Notes: a model not told the origin generated them from the letters alone. 64,000 nt of DNA from Candidatus Omnitrophota bacterium (GCA_016197155.1 JACPWF010000036.1:931-64930); one strand, 5' to 3'. Shown: positions 17,987-30,451, numbered from the stretch's first letter. Translations and numbers: made by a program.

Positions 17987-18724
17987 TGGAAGCCATCGGC
18001 ATCATTCCCGCGCGCTACGGCGCCACGCGTTTTGAGGGAAAACTGTTGAAAGACCTGTGCGGAAAACCGGTGATCCAGCACGTGTACGAGCGCGCCCGAA
18101 AAGCGAAACTTTTGGATGACCTGGTGATCGCCGCGGACGACGACCGCATCCTCAAGGCCGTCGAGGCGTTCGGGGGCAAGGCGGTGTTCACCTCCAAATC
18201 CCACAGCACGGGAACCGACCGCCTGACCGAGGTCGCCAACGAAATGGACGTCCGCGTGATCGTGAACATCCAGGGCGACGAGCCGCTCATCCACCCCATG
18301 GTCATCGATGACCTCGTGCGCGCGATGCAGAACGACCCCGAGGCCGTGATGGCGACCGTGGTGAAAAAAAGTTATTCGGAGGAGGAATTCAAAAGCCGGA
18401 ACGTCGTCAAGGTGATCATCGACCAGAACGCCAAGCGCGCGCTTTATTTTTCGCGGATGCCGATCCCCACGTATTTGAAGCCCGCCCCGAACGAGGCGTT
18501 TTTTTACAAGCACATCGGGATCTACGCGTACCAAAAAGATTTTTTATTCACATTCAAAAAACTGCCGAAATCGACGCTTGAGATCCACGAGAGATTGGAA
18601 CAGCTCCGGGCGATCGAGCAGGGATACAAGATCAAAGTGATCGAGACAAAGTTTGAAACGGTCGGCATTGACACGCCGGAGGACCTGGCGATGGCGCAGT
18701 CTCTGCTCGAAAAGGAAGCGGCCC

Positions 18725-18732
<8 letters not shown>
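17986..18732 (+). CDS. kdsB: CMP-Kdo synthetase
   Basis: [38 protein letters not shown]. Confidence 0.96.
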
Positions 18733-20337
<1,605 letters not shown>

Positions 20338-20341
<4 letters not shown>

Positions 20342-21186
20342 CCGCGCTTGAAAAGAAGAAAACCCGCGCGGTCCGCGTGGGGGCCATCCGCGTCGGGAGC
20401 GGCCATCCGCTTGTCCTCTTCGCCGGCCCCTGCGTCGTTGAAAATGAAAAGAGCGCCATTCGTCACGCCTGGGCCATTCAAAAAATCGCCCGCCGTCTCC
20501 GCCTTCCTTATATCTACAAATCCAGCTACGACAAGGCCAACCGCAGTTCGATCGGTTCTTTTCGCGGCCTGGGTCTCGGGCAGGGCCTGGCCATTTTGGC
20601 GAAGGTGAAAAAAGAGACCGGCTTGCCGATTTTGACCGACGTGCACACCGCCGAAGAAGTCCGCGAGGCCGCGCGCGTGGCGGATGTTTTGCAGATCCCG
20701 GCGTTTCTCTGCCGGCAGACGGATCTTTTGCTGGCCGCGGCCGCGACGGGAAAAGCGGTGAACGTGAAGAAGGGCCAGTTTTTGGCGCCCTGGGAAATGG
20801 GAAACGTGGTCGAAAAGATCGCCTCGGCGGGGAATAAAAATATTTTGCTGACGGAGCGGGGGACCTGCTTCGGTTACAACGCGCTCGTCAATGATTTCCG
20901 TTCGATCCCGATCATGAAGCGGTTCGGCTATCCCGTCATTTTTGACGCGACGCATTCGGTCCAACAGCCCGGCGGGCTCGGGAAAAGTTCCGGAGGCGAC
21001 CGGCAGTTCGTGCCGGTGCTGGCCCAGGCGGCCGTGGCGGCTGGCGCCGACGGGGTTTTTATGGAAGTGCATGAAAACCCGGACCGCGCCCCGAGCGACG
21101 GGCCGAACATGGTCAGGCTCGCGGATCTCGAGAGGCTCCTCGAGCGCCTTTTAAAACTCGGCCGCGTGGTGCGAAATGGTTTTTAG
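20338..21186 (+). CDS. kdsA: Kdo8P synthase
   Basis: [37 protein letters not shown]. Confidence 0.97.
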
Positions 21187-22147
21187 GCGCGGGGTGAAGA
21201 TCGCCAGACAAGTGATCCGGATCGAGCGCGACGCGCTGTCGGATTTGCTTTTACGGATCGACGCGCGCTTTGAGCGGGCCTGCGAACTCATTTTGAAATC
21301 GAAAGGGCGCGTGGTTGTCACCGGCATGGGCAAGCCCGGATTCATCGCGCAGAAAGTTTCGGCGACGCTGTCCTCGACCGGCACGCCTTCGCTTTTTTTG
21401 CATCCGGCCGAGGCCCTTCACGGGGATCTGGGGCGGGTGATGAAAGAGGACGTCGTCATCGCGTTTTCCAACAGCGGACAGACCGAGGAGCTTGTGAAAC
21501 TCCTGCCGCTCATCCGGCGGATCGGCGCGAGGCTCATTTCCTTTACGGGAAATCCGAAATCGATTTTGGCGAAATCAAGCGACGTGGCGCTCGACACGCG
21601 CGTGAAAAAAGAAGCCTGCCCGCTCAATTTGGCGCCCACGGCCTCGACCACCGTGATGCTGGCTTTGGGGGACGCGCTGGCCCTCGAGCTTCTGGAACGC
21701 AAAGGCTTTAAGGCCGAAGATTTCGCGTTTTATCATCCCGCCGGAAATTTGGGCAGGAAATTGACGCTCAAAGTTTCCGACATCATGCGCCGCGGCCGCG
21801 ACAACCCCATCGTTCCCGAAACGATGAGGGTGAGAGAGGTGCTCCTCCGCATCACGCGGGCGCGCGCGGGATCGGCGACGGTCGTGGACAAAAAGGGACA
21901 TCTCAAAGGGATTTTCACGGACGGGGACTTGAGGCGGCACCTGAAAGACGAGACGCGGATACTGGGGAGACCCGTCTCGGAAGTGATGACGCGCGGTCCG
22001 GTCACCGCCGCGGCCGGGGGACTCGCCGCGCAGGCGCTTCAGCTTTTGCGCGCGAGAAAAATCGATGAGCTTCCGGTCGTGGACGCCCGCCGCCGTCCCG
22101 TCGGGCTTTTGGACGTGCAGGATCTCTTGAAGGCCGGGATCGTCTGA
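21176..22147 (+). CDS. kdsD: Arabinose-5-phosphate isomerase (SIS plus 2 CBS)
   Basis: [39 protein letters not shown]. Confidence 0.95.
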   Translation: MVFRRGVKIARQVIRIERDALSDLLLRIDARFERACELILKSKGRVVVTGMGKPGFIAQKVSATLSSTGTPSLFLHPAEALHGDLGRVMKEDVVIAFSNSGQTEELVKLLPLIRRIGARLISFTGNPKSILAKSSDVALDTRVKKEACPLNLAPTASTTVMLALGDALALELLERKGFKAEDFAFYHPAGNLGRKLTLKVSDIMRRGRDNPIVPETMRVREVLLRITRARAGSATVVDKKGHLKGIFTDGDLRRHLKDETRILGRPVSEVMTRGPVTAAAGGLAAQALQLLRARKIDELPVVDARRRPVGLLDVQDLLKAGIV

Positions 22148-22149
22148 GC

Positions 22150-22680
22150 GTGCCGGCCGGGGACCTGAAAGAACGCATTCAAAAAATAAAGCTCGTCATC
22201 GTCGACAACGACGGCGTCCTGACCGACGGGCGCATCGTGTTCGGGGATTACGGCGACGAACTCAAATTTTTTGACGCGCAGGACGGGCATGGCCTGGCGA
22301 TGCTGCACCGCGCGGGCCTGGTGACGCTCATGGTGAGCGGACGGAAATGCCGGATCAATTCCCGCCGCGCCAAGGAAATGAAAATCACGAAACTTTATCA
22401 GAATATTCATGATAAACTGAAGATTTTTGAGAAGATCGTAAAACAATTCAAGATGAAACCCGAAGAGATCTGCTACATCGCGGATGACCTGATCGATCTC
22501 CCGATCCTTTCGAGGGTGGGCCTGGCGGTGGCCGTCCCGAACGCGGTGCCCGAGGTGAAACAGATCGCCCACTACGTGACTGAAAGACCCGGCGGGCGCG
22601 GGGCGGTGCGCGAGCTGGCGGACATGATTTTGAAAACTCAGGACAAATGGAAAGCCGTGACGGAAAGGTATTTCAGGTAA
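22150..22680 (+). CDS. kdsC: Kdo8P phosphatase (HAD)
   Basis: DNDGVLTDG, DGHG, DDLID, GGRGAVRE. Confidence 0.92.
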   Translation: MPAGDLKERIQKIKLVIVDNDGVLTDGRIVFGDYGDELKFFDAQDGHGLAMLHRAGLVTLMVSGRKCRINSRRAKEMKITKLYQNIHDKLKIFEKIVKQFKMKPEEICYIADDLIDLPILSRVGLAVAVPNAVPEVKQIAHYVTERPGGRGAVRELADMILKTQDKWKAVTERYFR

Positions 22681-22687
22681 AATCAGT

Positions 22688-23470
22688 TTGCGATCCCATT
22701 TTCATCGTCAGAATGTTCCCCTCGTCGTTCTTTTTGCGGCGTGTCTCGCCGCGGTGATGCTTTTTTTCGTCCACGAAAGGGAAAAGAGACAGGCCCTGCG
22801 CGAACGATCGGTCCAGGCCTCCGCCGGCCCGCGCGATCAGCAGATCCAGCATTTTGTCCTGACGGGTTTTGACGACAGGGGAAAGAAATTTTGGGATCTC
22901 GAGGGCGGCACCGCCAGGATCGATCCGGACCAGACCGTGTACCTGGATGACAACGTGACCCTCAGGCTCCGCGACAACACGCTCGTCAAAACCAGCAAAG
23001 TCACCTGGGCTCAAAATTCGAGCCTCATGACCACGAACGCGCCGGTGGTGGTGAACCGCGAGGCCACCGTGATCCACGGGCGGGGCGCCATCGGCCGGCC
23101 GAATGAGAGTTTTATTCAGATCAACCGCGACATCCGCATGACCCTAAACGCCTCGGCCCACCTGACCTGCCAGGGGCCGATGAAGGTTTATTACAAAGAG
23201 AACAAGATGGTCTTTTTCCGCAAGGTGAGGGTGAAGGACTCGCGCGGTGTCCTTTCGGCCAACCGCATGGACGTTTTCATGGACGAACACAAGAAAGTGG
23301 ACAAGGTGATCGCCATCGGAAACGTCGTCATCGAGCGCGGAACGGACACGACCCATTCCCAGCGCGCCATCTACAGTCTTTTGACGGGCGCCGTGCGCCT
23401 CGAGGGGAGTCCCGAGATCACGCTTCATAAAGGAGGGGCCGGCTTCCTTGACAGCGCTGCTGGAAACTAG
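22688..23470 (+). CDS. LptC-like plus LptA/OstA-like fused LPS transport protein
   Basis: N-terminal TM helix, LptC-like jellyroll, then LSANRM..AIGNVVI..AIY..LEGSP (LptA-like); between kdsC and lptB; TTG start uncertain. Confidence 0.75.
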   Translation: MRSHFHRQNVPLVVLFAACLAAVMLFFVHEREKRQALRERSVQASAGPRDQQIQHFVLTGFDDRGKKFWDLEGGTARIDPDQTVYLDDNVTLRLRDNTLVKTSKVTWAQNSSLMTTNAPVVVNREATVIHGRGAIGRPNESFIQINRDIRMTLNASAHLTCQGPMKVYYKENKMVFFRKVRVKDSRGVLSANRMDVFMDEHKKVDKVIAIGNVVIERGTDTTHSQRAIYSLLTGAVRLEGSPEITLHKGGAGFLDSAAGN

Positions 23471-24173
23471 AACCTTAAAGAAAACCTACAACGGCCGCAC
23501 GGTCGTGAACGGCGTGGACCTGGCGATTTATCCCGGCGAGATCGTGGGGCTTTTGGGTCCCAACGGCGCGGGAAAGACCACCACGTTTTACATGGTGACC
23601 GGCATCGTCAGGCCCGACAGCGGGAACATTCTGTTTGACCATCGCGACATCACGCGCTACCCGATGCACAAACGCGCCCAGATGGGCATCGGCTATCTTT
23701 CCCAGGAACCTTCGATCTTCCGGAAGCTGACGGTCGAAGAAAATATCCTGGCCGTTTTGGAAACCCTCCAGCTACCCGAACCCGAGCGGCAGAAGCGCCT
23801 GGAGGAGCTTCTGAGCGAGTTGGGCATCAAGCATTTGAGAAAATCAAAGGCCATGACCCTTTCGGGCGGCGAGCGGCGGCGTCTCGAGATCACGCGGGCG
23901 CTGGTGACGCACCCCCTTTGCATCCTGCTCGACGAGCCCTTTTCGGGGATCGATCCGATCGCGGTTTCGGATTGCCAGAACCTGATCCGGGAATTGAAGA
24001 AAAAGGGCCTGAGTATTTTGCTCACCGACCACAACGTGCGCGAGACCCTCGCGATCACCGACCGCGCCTACATCATGTCCGAGGGGAAGATCCTCATCTC
24101 CGGCGGCAAAGACGAGCTTTTGACCAACAAAGAGGCTCGCAAAATTTACCTGGGCGAAAAGTTTACGATGTGA
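23448..24173 (+). CDS. lptB: LPS export ABC ATPase
   Basis: GPNGAGKTTTF, YLSQEPSIF, LSGGERRR, LLDEPF, TDHNVRETL. Confidence 0.97.
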   Translation: MTALLETRTLKKTYNGRTVVNGVDLAIYPGEIVGLLGPNGAGKTTTFYMVTGIVRPDSGNILFDHRDITRYPMHKRAQMGIGYLSQEPSIFRKLTVEENILAVLETLQLPEPERQKRLEELLSELGIKHLRKSKAMTLSGGERRRLEITRALVTHPLCILLDEPFSGIDPIAVSDCQNLIRELKKKGLSILLTDHNVRETLAITDRAYIMSEGKILISGGKDELLTNKEARKIYLGEKFTM

Positions 24174-24207
24174 CGGAAATGTGATAAAATTTCCGTCTGG
24201 AAAATTT

Positions 24208-24549
24208 ATGGAAATCGACATCAGCGGCCGGCATTTTCATGTCACCGCGCCTTTGAAAGCGTACGTCACCGAAAAGCTCGGGAAACTGGAGAAGTACGCG
24301 CTCAAGCTCGAAACCGCGCGCGTGATTTTCGAGGTCCAGCGCTTTCATCACCTGGCCGAGATCGTGGTGCGGGGAAAAAACCTGCGCCTGACCGCGCGGG
24401 AGGAAAACGCGGACACCTATGCGGCGTTCGACGAGTGTTTCGGGAATATTCAGCTTCAGCTTCGTCGCCAGCACGACCGCATAAAAGACCACAAGGCCCG
24501 GCGTTTTGAAGGCGCGCGCGCGGACAAACGCCGGAAGGAGCGGTCGTGA
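24208..24549 (+). CDS. hpf: Ribosome hibernation factor (short HPF/RaiA)
   Basis: MEIDISGRHFHVTAPLKAYVTEKLGKL, YAAFD..QLRR. Confidence 0.9.
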   Translation: MEIDISGRHFHVTAPLKAYVTEKLGKLEKYALKLETARVIFEVQRFHHLAEIVVRGKNLRLTAREENADTYAAFDECFGNIQLQLRRQHDRIKDHKARRFEGARADKRRKERS

Positions 24550-25769
24550 AATCGAGTTTAAAAAATTTGAAAGATTGCCGCGTGAAATTATCGGTGGAAG
24601 TGGAGGGCGCGCGGGTCGAGGACCGTTTCCGGGAGGTCTTGAAGGATTTTCAAAAGGCCGCGACCCTTCCCGGTTTTCGCGCCGGCAAGGCCCCGATGGA
24701 GATGGTCGAGAAAAAATTCGCCAGGGAAGCCGAGGAGGAAGTTTTAAAATCGCTCATCCCGGAGGCCTATCACCAGTCGGTGGCGGCGCAGAAAGTTTCT
24801 CCGGTGTCGCTTCCGTCGATCTCGGAGGTGAGGCTCGAGCGCGGCCGGCAATTGACCTTTGTCGCCGAATTTGAACGTTCGCCGGAGTTTTCCGTTAAAA
24901 ATTATAAAGGCATCCGGCTGAAAAGAGGGTCCGAGGAGGTGAGCGCCCAGGACATGGAAAAGGCCATGACCTCTCTTTTGGAATCGAAGGCGGAGCTCAT
25001 CCCGATCCTCGAGCCGCGCGCGGTCCAAAAAGGCGATTTTATCGTCGCCGACATCGAAATTTGGAAGGACGGCGCGTACGCGCCCGCCAAAAAAAGCGCG
25101 CTCCTGCATGTCGAGCCGAGCGAGCAGGATGATTTTTACGACAAGGTCGCCGGCGCGCGTGTCGACGAGGTGCGTGAGATTTTGGCCGGCCCGGCCCGGA
25201 CGCCGCATTACAAGATTTGGATCCGCGACATCAAGGAAAAGAAACTGCCCGTTCTGGACGAGGAGCTTGCCCGGGGTTTCGGAAAGGCCTCGCTCGAGGA
25301 ATTGCGCGAGGCCGTGCGAAAAGACACGGCGCGGTACAAACGCTCGGAGTCATTTGAAAAAATGAAAACCGAGCTTTTCGGGAAACTTTTGAATCTGGTC
25401 TCGTTCACGGCGCCGGAAGGGCTGGTGGATCGCCAAAAACAGGAATTGCTCGAACAGACGCGCAAACAGTTTGCGCGCATGGGGGTCGGGCAGAAATTTG
25501 ACGAAGAAAAACCGGAGCTTGAAAAGCAGGCCCTCACCCGCGCGCGGGACCAGGTGAGGCTGTACTTTATCCTGCGCCGGATCGCCCAACTTGAAAAGAT
25601 CGTACTGAACGAAGAGGAGCTCGCCCGGCGCCTCGACGCGCTCGCGGCGGAGTCGGGCAGGCCCTTGGACGAGGCCCGGCGCGTTTTTGAGGAGGATTTG
25701 CGGGAGAGCATGCTGGAAACGAAGACCATTGATTTTTTGATCGCAAACGCGAAGTTTGAAGAGAAGTAG
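24546..25769 (+). CDS. tig: Trigger factor
   Basis: LPGFRAGKAP signature; upstream of clpP. Confidence 0.93.
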   Translation: MKSSLKNLKDCRVKLSVEVEGARVEDRFREVLKDFQKAATLPGFRAGKAPMEMVEKKFAREAEEEVLKSLIPEAYHQSVAAQKVSPVSLPSISEVRLERGRQLTFVAEFERSPEFSVKNYKGIRLKRGSEEVSAQDMEKAMTSLLESKAELIPILEPRAVQKGDFIVADIEIWKDGAYAPAKKSALLHVEPSEQDDFYDKVAGARVDEVREILAGPARTPHYKIWIRDIKEKKLPVLDEELARGFGKASLEELREAVRKDTARYKRSESFEKMKTELFGKLLNLVSFTAPEGLVDRQKQELLEQTRKQFARMGVGQKFDEEKPELEKQALTRARDQVRLYFILRRIAQLEKIVLNEEELARRLDALAAESGRPLDEARRVFEEDLRESMLETKTIDFLIANAKFEEK

Positions 25770-25835
25770 TCAGTGGTTAGTAGTTAGAAGCAAACAAGGT
25801 TGCTTCTAACTTCCAGCTACTAACTTCTAGCTACT
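25765..25835. repeat. Inverted heptamer tandem-repeat hairpin between tig and clpP
   Basis: Left AGTAGTC AGTGGTT AGTAGTT AGAAGCA; right TGCTTCT AACTTCC AGCTACT AACTTCT AGCTACT; perfect 12-bp stem 25782-25793/25800-25811. Confidence 0.8.
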
Positions 25836-25849
25836 AAACAGGAGGTTTT

Positions 25850-26449
25850 ATGAGCATTCTGGTTCCGATGGTCATTGAACAAACCGGCCGCACCGAGCGC
25901 GCGTACGACATTTATTCGCGGCTTTTGAAAGACCGCGTGGTGTTTATCGGCACGCCGATCGACGACGTGGTCGCCAATCTCATTGTGGCGCAGCTCCTTT
26001 TCCTGCAGATGGAAGACCCGGAGAAGGAGATCAGCGTCTACATCAATTCCCCCGGCGGCTCGATCACCAGTGGTCTTGCGATTTACGACACGATGCAGTT
26101 TTTGAAGCCGGACGTCGCGACTTATTGCATCGGGCAGGCGGCCAGCATGGGCGCGGTTTTGCTCGCGGCGGGGACGAAGGGCAAGCGCTACTCCCTGCCC
26201 AACGCGCGCGTCATGATCCACCAACCCTGGGGAGGCGTGCAGGGCGTGGCGGCGGACATCAACATTCAAGCCAAGGAGATTCAAAATTTGAAAGACCGCC
26301 TGAACCGGATCCTCGCCAAACACACGGGGCAGGAGGTGGCGAAGATCGAAAAGGACACCGACCGCGACTATTTCATGTCGGCCGAAGAGGCCAAGGCCTA
26401 CGGCCTGGTCGATGAAGTGGTCGTGAATATCCGCTCACTCAAAAAATAA
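25850..26449 (+). CDS. clpP: Clp protease proteolytic subunit
   Basis: DIYSRLL, YINSPGG, AASMGA, MIHQP, RDYFM; SD AGGAGG. Confidence 0.98.
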   Translation: MSILVPMVIEQTGRTERAYDIYSRLLKDRVVFIGTPIDDVVANLIVAQLLFLQMEDPEKEISVYINSPGGSITSGLAIYDTMQFLKPDVATYCIGQAASMGAVLLAAGTKGKRYSLPNARVMIHQPWGGVQGVAADINIQAKEIQNLKDRLNRILAKHTGQEVAKIEKDTDRDYFMSAEEAKAYGLVDEVVVNIRSLKK

Positions 26450-26469
26450 TTAAAAAATAAGGAACGGCG

Positions 26470-27573
26470 ATGAAAGAATTTTTACTGCTGACGCCGGGAC
26501 CGACCAGTGTTCCCGCGCGGGTGCTTGAGAAAACGGCCCTCCCCATGATCCATCACCGCACGAAGGAATTTCAGGGCATCCTCGAGCGCGTGAACGCGAA
26601 CCTGCAAAAAATTTTTCTGACGAGGCATCCCGTGATGACCTTCGCCGCCTCCGGCACGGGGGCCATGGAGGCGTCGATCACGAATTTATTTTCAAAAGGC
26701 GACACGGCGCTTTCTTTTTCAGCCGGAAAATGGGGCGAGCGCTACCGCGACATCGCGCGCGCGTACGGGCTCGATGTGAAGAGTTTTGAAAAAACGTACG
26801 GGGAGGCGTTCACGCCCCGGGAGATCGAGGCGGGCCTGAAACAGCACCCTGGCGCGCGCGCGGTGATCGTGACCCTTTGCGAGACGTCGACGGCGGTTTT
26901 GCATCCGGTGGAGGCGATCGCCAAAGTGACGCAGAAGCACGGCGCGCTGTTGTTGGTCGATGCCATCAGCGGCCTGGGCTGCGATCCGCTCAAGATGGAC
27001 GAATGGGGCGTGGACGTCGTGGTGGCGGGAAGCCAGAAGGGGCTCATGCTCCCGCCGGGGCTGGCCTTTGTCGCTTTGAATGAGCGCGCCTCCGCCAAAA
27101 TCACGGCCTCGAATCTGCCGAAATATTATTTTAATTTTACGGAAACCCTGAAGATGATGAAAAAAAACGACACGCCGTTCACGCCGGCCGTGAGCCTCAT
27201 CCGCGGGCTCGACGAGGCCCTTGTCATGCTTTTGGAAGAGGGGATCGAAAAAGTCTGGAGGCGTCACGCCGAAACCGCCGCGTGGGTGAAGTCAAAGGTC
27301 GCCTCGCTCGGCCTCAAACTTTTTTCAAAGGCGCCGACGAACGCGCTCACGGCGATTGAGATGCCCAATCCGATCGATTCCGGGGCCGTGATCAAGGTCA
27401 TGCGCGACGAGCACCGCGTCGTGATGGCCGATGGGCAGGGGGAATTGAAGGGCAGGATCGTGCGCTTTGCCCACATGGGCGCGGCGTGCACGCCCGCCGA
27501 CGCGCGGCGGGGCTTCGAGGCGTTCACGGACGCGATGGCGAAAGCCGGTTTTAAAATTGAGGCGGCCGTTTAA
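26470..27573 (+). CDS. Class V aminotransferase (probable phosphoserine/serine aminotransferase)
   Basis: LLTPGPT, HHRT, SGTGAME, VDAIS, GSQKGLMLPPG; coupled to serA. Confidence 0.88.
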   Translation: MKEFLLLTPGPTSVPARVLEKTALPMIHHRTKEFQGILERVNANLQKIFLTRHPVMTFAASGTGAMEASITNLFSKGDTALSFSAGKWGERYRDIARAYGLDVKSFEKTYGEAFTPREIEAGLKQHPGARAVIVTLCETSTAVLHPVEAIAKVTQKHGALLLVDAISGLGCDPLKMDEWGVDVVVAGSQKGLMLPPGLAFVALNERASAKITASNLPKYYFNFTETLKMMKKNDTPFTPAVSLIRGLDEALVMLLEEGIEKVWRRHAETAAWVKSKVASLGLKLFSKAPTNALTAIEMPNPIDSGAVIKVMRDEHRVVMADGQGELKGRIVRFAHMGAACTPADARRGFEAFTDAMAKAGFKIEAAV

Positions 27574-29156
27574 TGGTTAAAATTCTTATTTGCGACGAGC
27601 TGGCCGAGGAAGGCCTCGGATTATTCCGTCAGGAAAAAAATCTGTCCGTTGTTTTGAAGACGAAACTTCCTCTCGAAGAGCTTAAGAAACAGATCGCCGA
27701 CGCCGACGCCTGCATCGTGCGCTCGGGGACTCAGCTCACGGCGGACGTGATCGGGGCCGCCAGGAAACTAAAAGTCATCGGGCGCGCCGGCGTGGGTCTC
27801 GACAACGTCGACGTCGAGGCCGCGTCTAAAAAAGGGATCATCGTGATGAACACGCCCGGAGGGAACACGATCTCGGCCGCCGAGCACACGTTTTCCCTCC
27901 TCATGGCGCTGGCGCGGAATATCCCGCAGGCGAGTGTCTCCGTCAAAAAAGGGGAGTGGGAAAGGAAAAAATTCACGGGTGTCGAGCTTTACGAGAAAAC
28001 GCTGGGGATCCTGGGTCTGGGCCGGATCGGAACCGAGGTGGCCAGGCGCGCGCAGGCCTTCGGCATGCGCGTGATCGGCTATGACCCTTTCCTGCGCGCG
28101 GAAAAAGCGCTCGAGATCGGCGTCGAGGCCGTTTCGCTGGACGAACTTTTGAAACAATCGGATTTCCTGACGCTCCACATGCCGCTCACCGCCGAAAACC
28201 GGCACCTGATCGGCGCGAAGGAACTTGAGAAGATGAAAAAAACCGCGCGCGTCATCAACTGCGCCCGCGGAGGGCTGGTGGATGAGGCCGCGCTCGCCGA
28301 GGCCATTAAAAACGGACGCCTCGCCGGGGCCGCGCTCGACGTGTTTGAGACCGAGCCGCCGGGGGACGGGGCGATCGTGGGCCTGCCGCAGGTGATCGTG
28401 ACCCCGCATCTGGGCGCGTCGACCGAAGAGGCGCAGATCGCCGTGGCCGTCGACGTCGTGCAGAGCGTCATTGATTTCTTCAAAGGCAAAAGCATCCGCA
28501 ACGCCGTGAATTTTCCGTCCGTGGATCCCGAAGTGCTCGAGCAGATCAAGCCCTACATTCATTTGGCGGAAAAAATGGGCTCGCTCCTCGCCCAGCTCAT
28601 CGAGGGCCAGATCCTTCAGGTGGACATCGAATACCACGGACAGGCCGTGGGTTATGAGGCCACGCCGATCACGGTGGCGGCCATCAAAGGACTTTTGGCG
28701 CCGATTTTGGCCGAGAGCGTCAATTACGTGAACGCCTCTTTTCTGGCCAAGGAGCGCGGGATCAAGATCACCGAGGCCAAGACATCCGACGCCTCGCGTT
28801 ATTCCAATTTGATCGATCTCGACGTCCGCACCGATAAAAAAACGAGCAAGATTTCCGGGACCGTGTTCACGCGCGAAGACACGCGGGTGGTCCGGCTCGA
28901 CGGTTTTGACGTCGAGGTGGCGCCGGAGGGGTATCTCCTCCTCATCTCCAACCGCGACGTCCCGGGGATCGTGGGCCAGATCGGCACCCTTTTAGGCGCG
29001 GGCGGCGTCAACATCGCCGGCATGACGCTCGGCCGCGACAAGCCCGGGGGGCAGGCGAGAACCCTTCTCAAAATTGACAGCGCCGTGCCGGACGCGGTGA
29101 TGCATCAGATCAAAAAGGCGAAGAACGTCTTAGACGCCAAACTCATCAGGCTTTAA
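27573..29156 (+). CDS. serA: D-3-phosphoglycerate dehydrogenase (with ASB/ACT)
   Basis: RAGVGLDNVD, GLGRIG, NCARGG, PHLGAST, C-terminal ACT. Confidence 0.96.
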   Translation: MVKILICDELAEEGLGLFRQEKNLSVVLKTKLPLEELKKQIADADACIVRSGTQLTADVIGAARKLKVIGRAGVGLDNVDVEAASKKGIIVMNTPGGNTISAAEHTFSLLMALARNIPQASVSVKKGEWERKKFTGVELYEKTLGILGLGRIGTEVARRAQAFGMRVIGYDPFLRAEKALEIGVEAVSLDELLKQSDFLTLHMPLTAENRHLIGAKELEKMKKTARVINCARGGLVDEAALAEAIKNGRLAGAALDVFETEPPGDGAIVGLPQVIVTPHLGASTEEAQIAVAVDVVQSVIDFFKGKSIRNAVNFPSVDPEVLEQIKPYIHLAEKMGSLLAQLIEGQILQVDIEYHGQAVGYEATPITVAAIKGLLAPILAESVNYVNASFLAKERGIKITEAKTSDASRYSNLIDLDVRTDKKTSKISGTVFTREDTRVVRLDGFDVEVAPEGYLLLISNRDVPGIVGQIGTLLGAGGVNIAGMTLGRDKPGGQARTLLKIDSAVPDAVMHQIKKAKNVLDAKLIRL

Positions 29157-30451
29157 TGAATACCGTTGTCGTCGGCGCCCAGTGGGGCGATGAAGGCAAG
29201 GGCAAGATCATTGACATCTTGTCCGAGAAAACCGATTTTGTCGTCCGTTACCAGGGCGGCAACAACGCGGGCCACACCGTCGTCAAAAAAAACGGCGAGT
29301 TCATTCTTCACCTGGTCCCTTCCGGAATTTTTCATCAAAACGTGCGCTGTGTGATCGGCAACGGCGTCGTCGTCGATCCGGCCGCGCTTCTGGGCGAAAT
29401 CGGGGAGTTGAAAAAAAAGGGCGTCTCGGTCGGGGGCCGTCTTTTTGTGAGCGAACGCGCGCACCTCATCCTGCCGTATCACCGGATTTACGACCGCCTG
29501 CGCGAGGATAAAAAAGGATTTCTGAAGATCGGCACGACGGGCCGCGGCATCGGGCCCAGTTACGGCGACAAGGCCATGCGCTCGGGCATCCGGATCGTGG
29601 ATTTGTACGACGCGGCGGTTTTCCGCGACAAACTGCGCGTGAGCCTTCTCGAGAAAAACGAAATTTTCAATAAAATTTACGGCTTCGAGGGATTCGATTT
29701 CGAAAAAATTCATGACGAATACCTCGGCTACGCCAAACGGATGAAACCCTTTGTCTGCGACACGGCCCTGGTCCTGCACGAGGCGGTGAAAAAAAGAAAA
29801 TCCATCCTCTTTGAGGGCGCGCAGGGCACGCACCTCGACGTGGATCACGGGACCTATCCTTTTGTGACCTCGAGCTCCGTCGTCGCGGGGGGCGCGGCCG
29901 CCGGCGCGGGTGTCCCGCCGACGGTGATCGATGAGGTGATCGGCGTCGTGAAGGCGTACACCACGCGCGTGGGCGAGGGGCCGTTTCCGACCGAGTTTGA
30001 CGAAACGCTCATGAACACCGTCCGCCAAAAAGGCAAAGAATTCGGCGCCACCACCGGGCGGCCGCGCCGCTGTGGGTGGTTTGACGCCATCCTCGCGCGG
30101 TATTCCTGCATCGTGAACGGGATCAGTCAAATCGCGGTGACGAAGCTCGACGTGCTGGATGATTTGAAAGAGATTAAAATCGGCGTGGGTTACCGGTACG
30201 GCGGAAAATGGCTCCGTCATTTTCCGGCGTCGCTGGCCGCGCAGACAAACGCCGAACCCGTTTACGAAACGCACCCGGGCTGGCTCGAGGACACGTCCGC
30301 CATTAAAAAATTTTCCCTCCTTCCCAAAAATGCCAAACGCTACCTCAGGCGGCTTTCCGGGCTTCTCGAGGCGCCGGTCACGATCCTGTCGGTGGGTTCT
30401 CACGAGAATCAGACGCTTTTCATGCGGGGCGCCAAACGGCATGGAAAATAA
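29156..30451 (+). CDS. purA: Adenylosuccinate synthetase
   Basis: GAQWGDEGKGK, NNAGHT, FEGAQG, GATTGRPRRCGWFD. Confidence 0.98.
   Translation: MNTVVVGAQWGDEGKGKIIDILSEKTDFVVRYQGGNNAGHTVVKKNGEFILHLVPSGIFHQNVRCVIGNGVVVDPAALLGEIGELKKKGVSVGGRLFVSERAHLILPYHRIYDRLREDKKGFLKIGTTGRGIGPSYGDKAMRSGIRIVDLYDAAVFRDKLRVSLLEKNEIFNKIYGFEGFDFEKIHDEYLGYAKRMKPFVCDTALVLHEAVKKRKSILFEGAQGTHLDVDHGTYPFVTSSSVVAGGAAAGAGVPPTVIDEVIGVVKAYTTRVGEGPFPTEFDETLMNTVRQKGKEFGATTGRPRRCGWFDAILARYSCIVNGISQIAVTKLDVLDDLKEIKIGVGYRYGGKWLRHFPASLAAQTNAEPVYETHPGWLEDTSAIKKFSLLPKNAKRYLRRLSGLLEAPVTILSVGSHENQTLFMRGAKRHGK

Noticed and set aside
26470-29156. Class V aminotransferase-serA pair as a novel pathway
   Set aside because: This serC-independent arrangement is already known in many bacteria and archaea.
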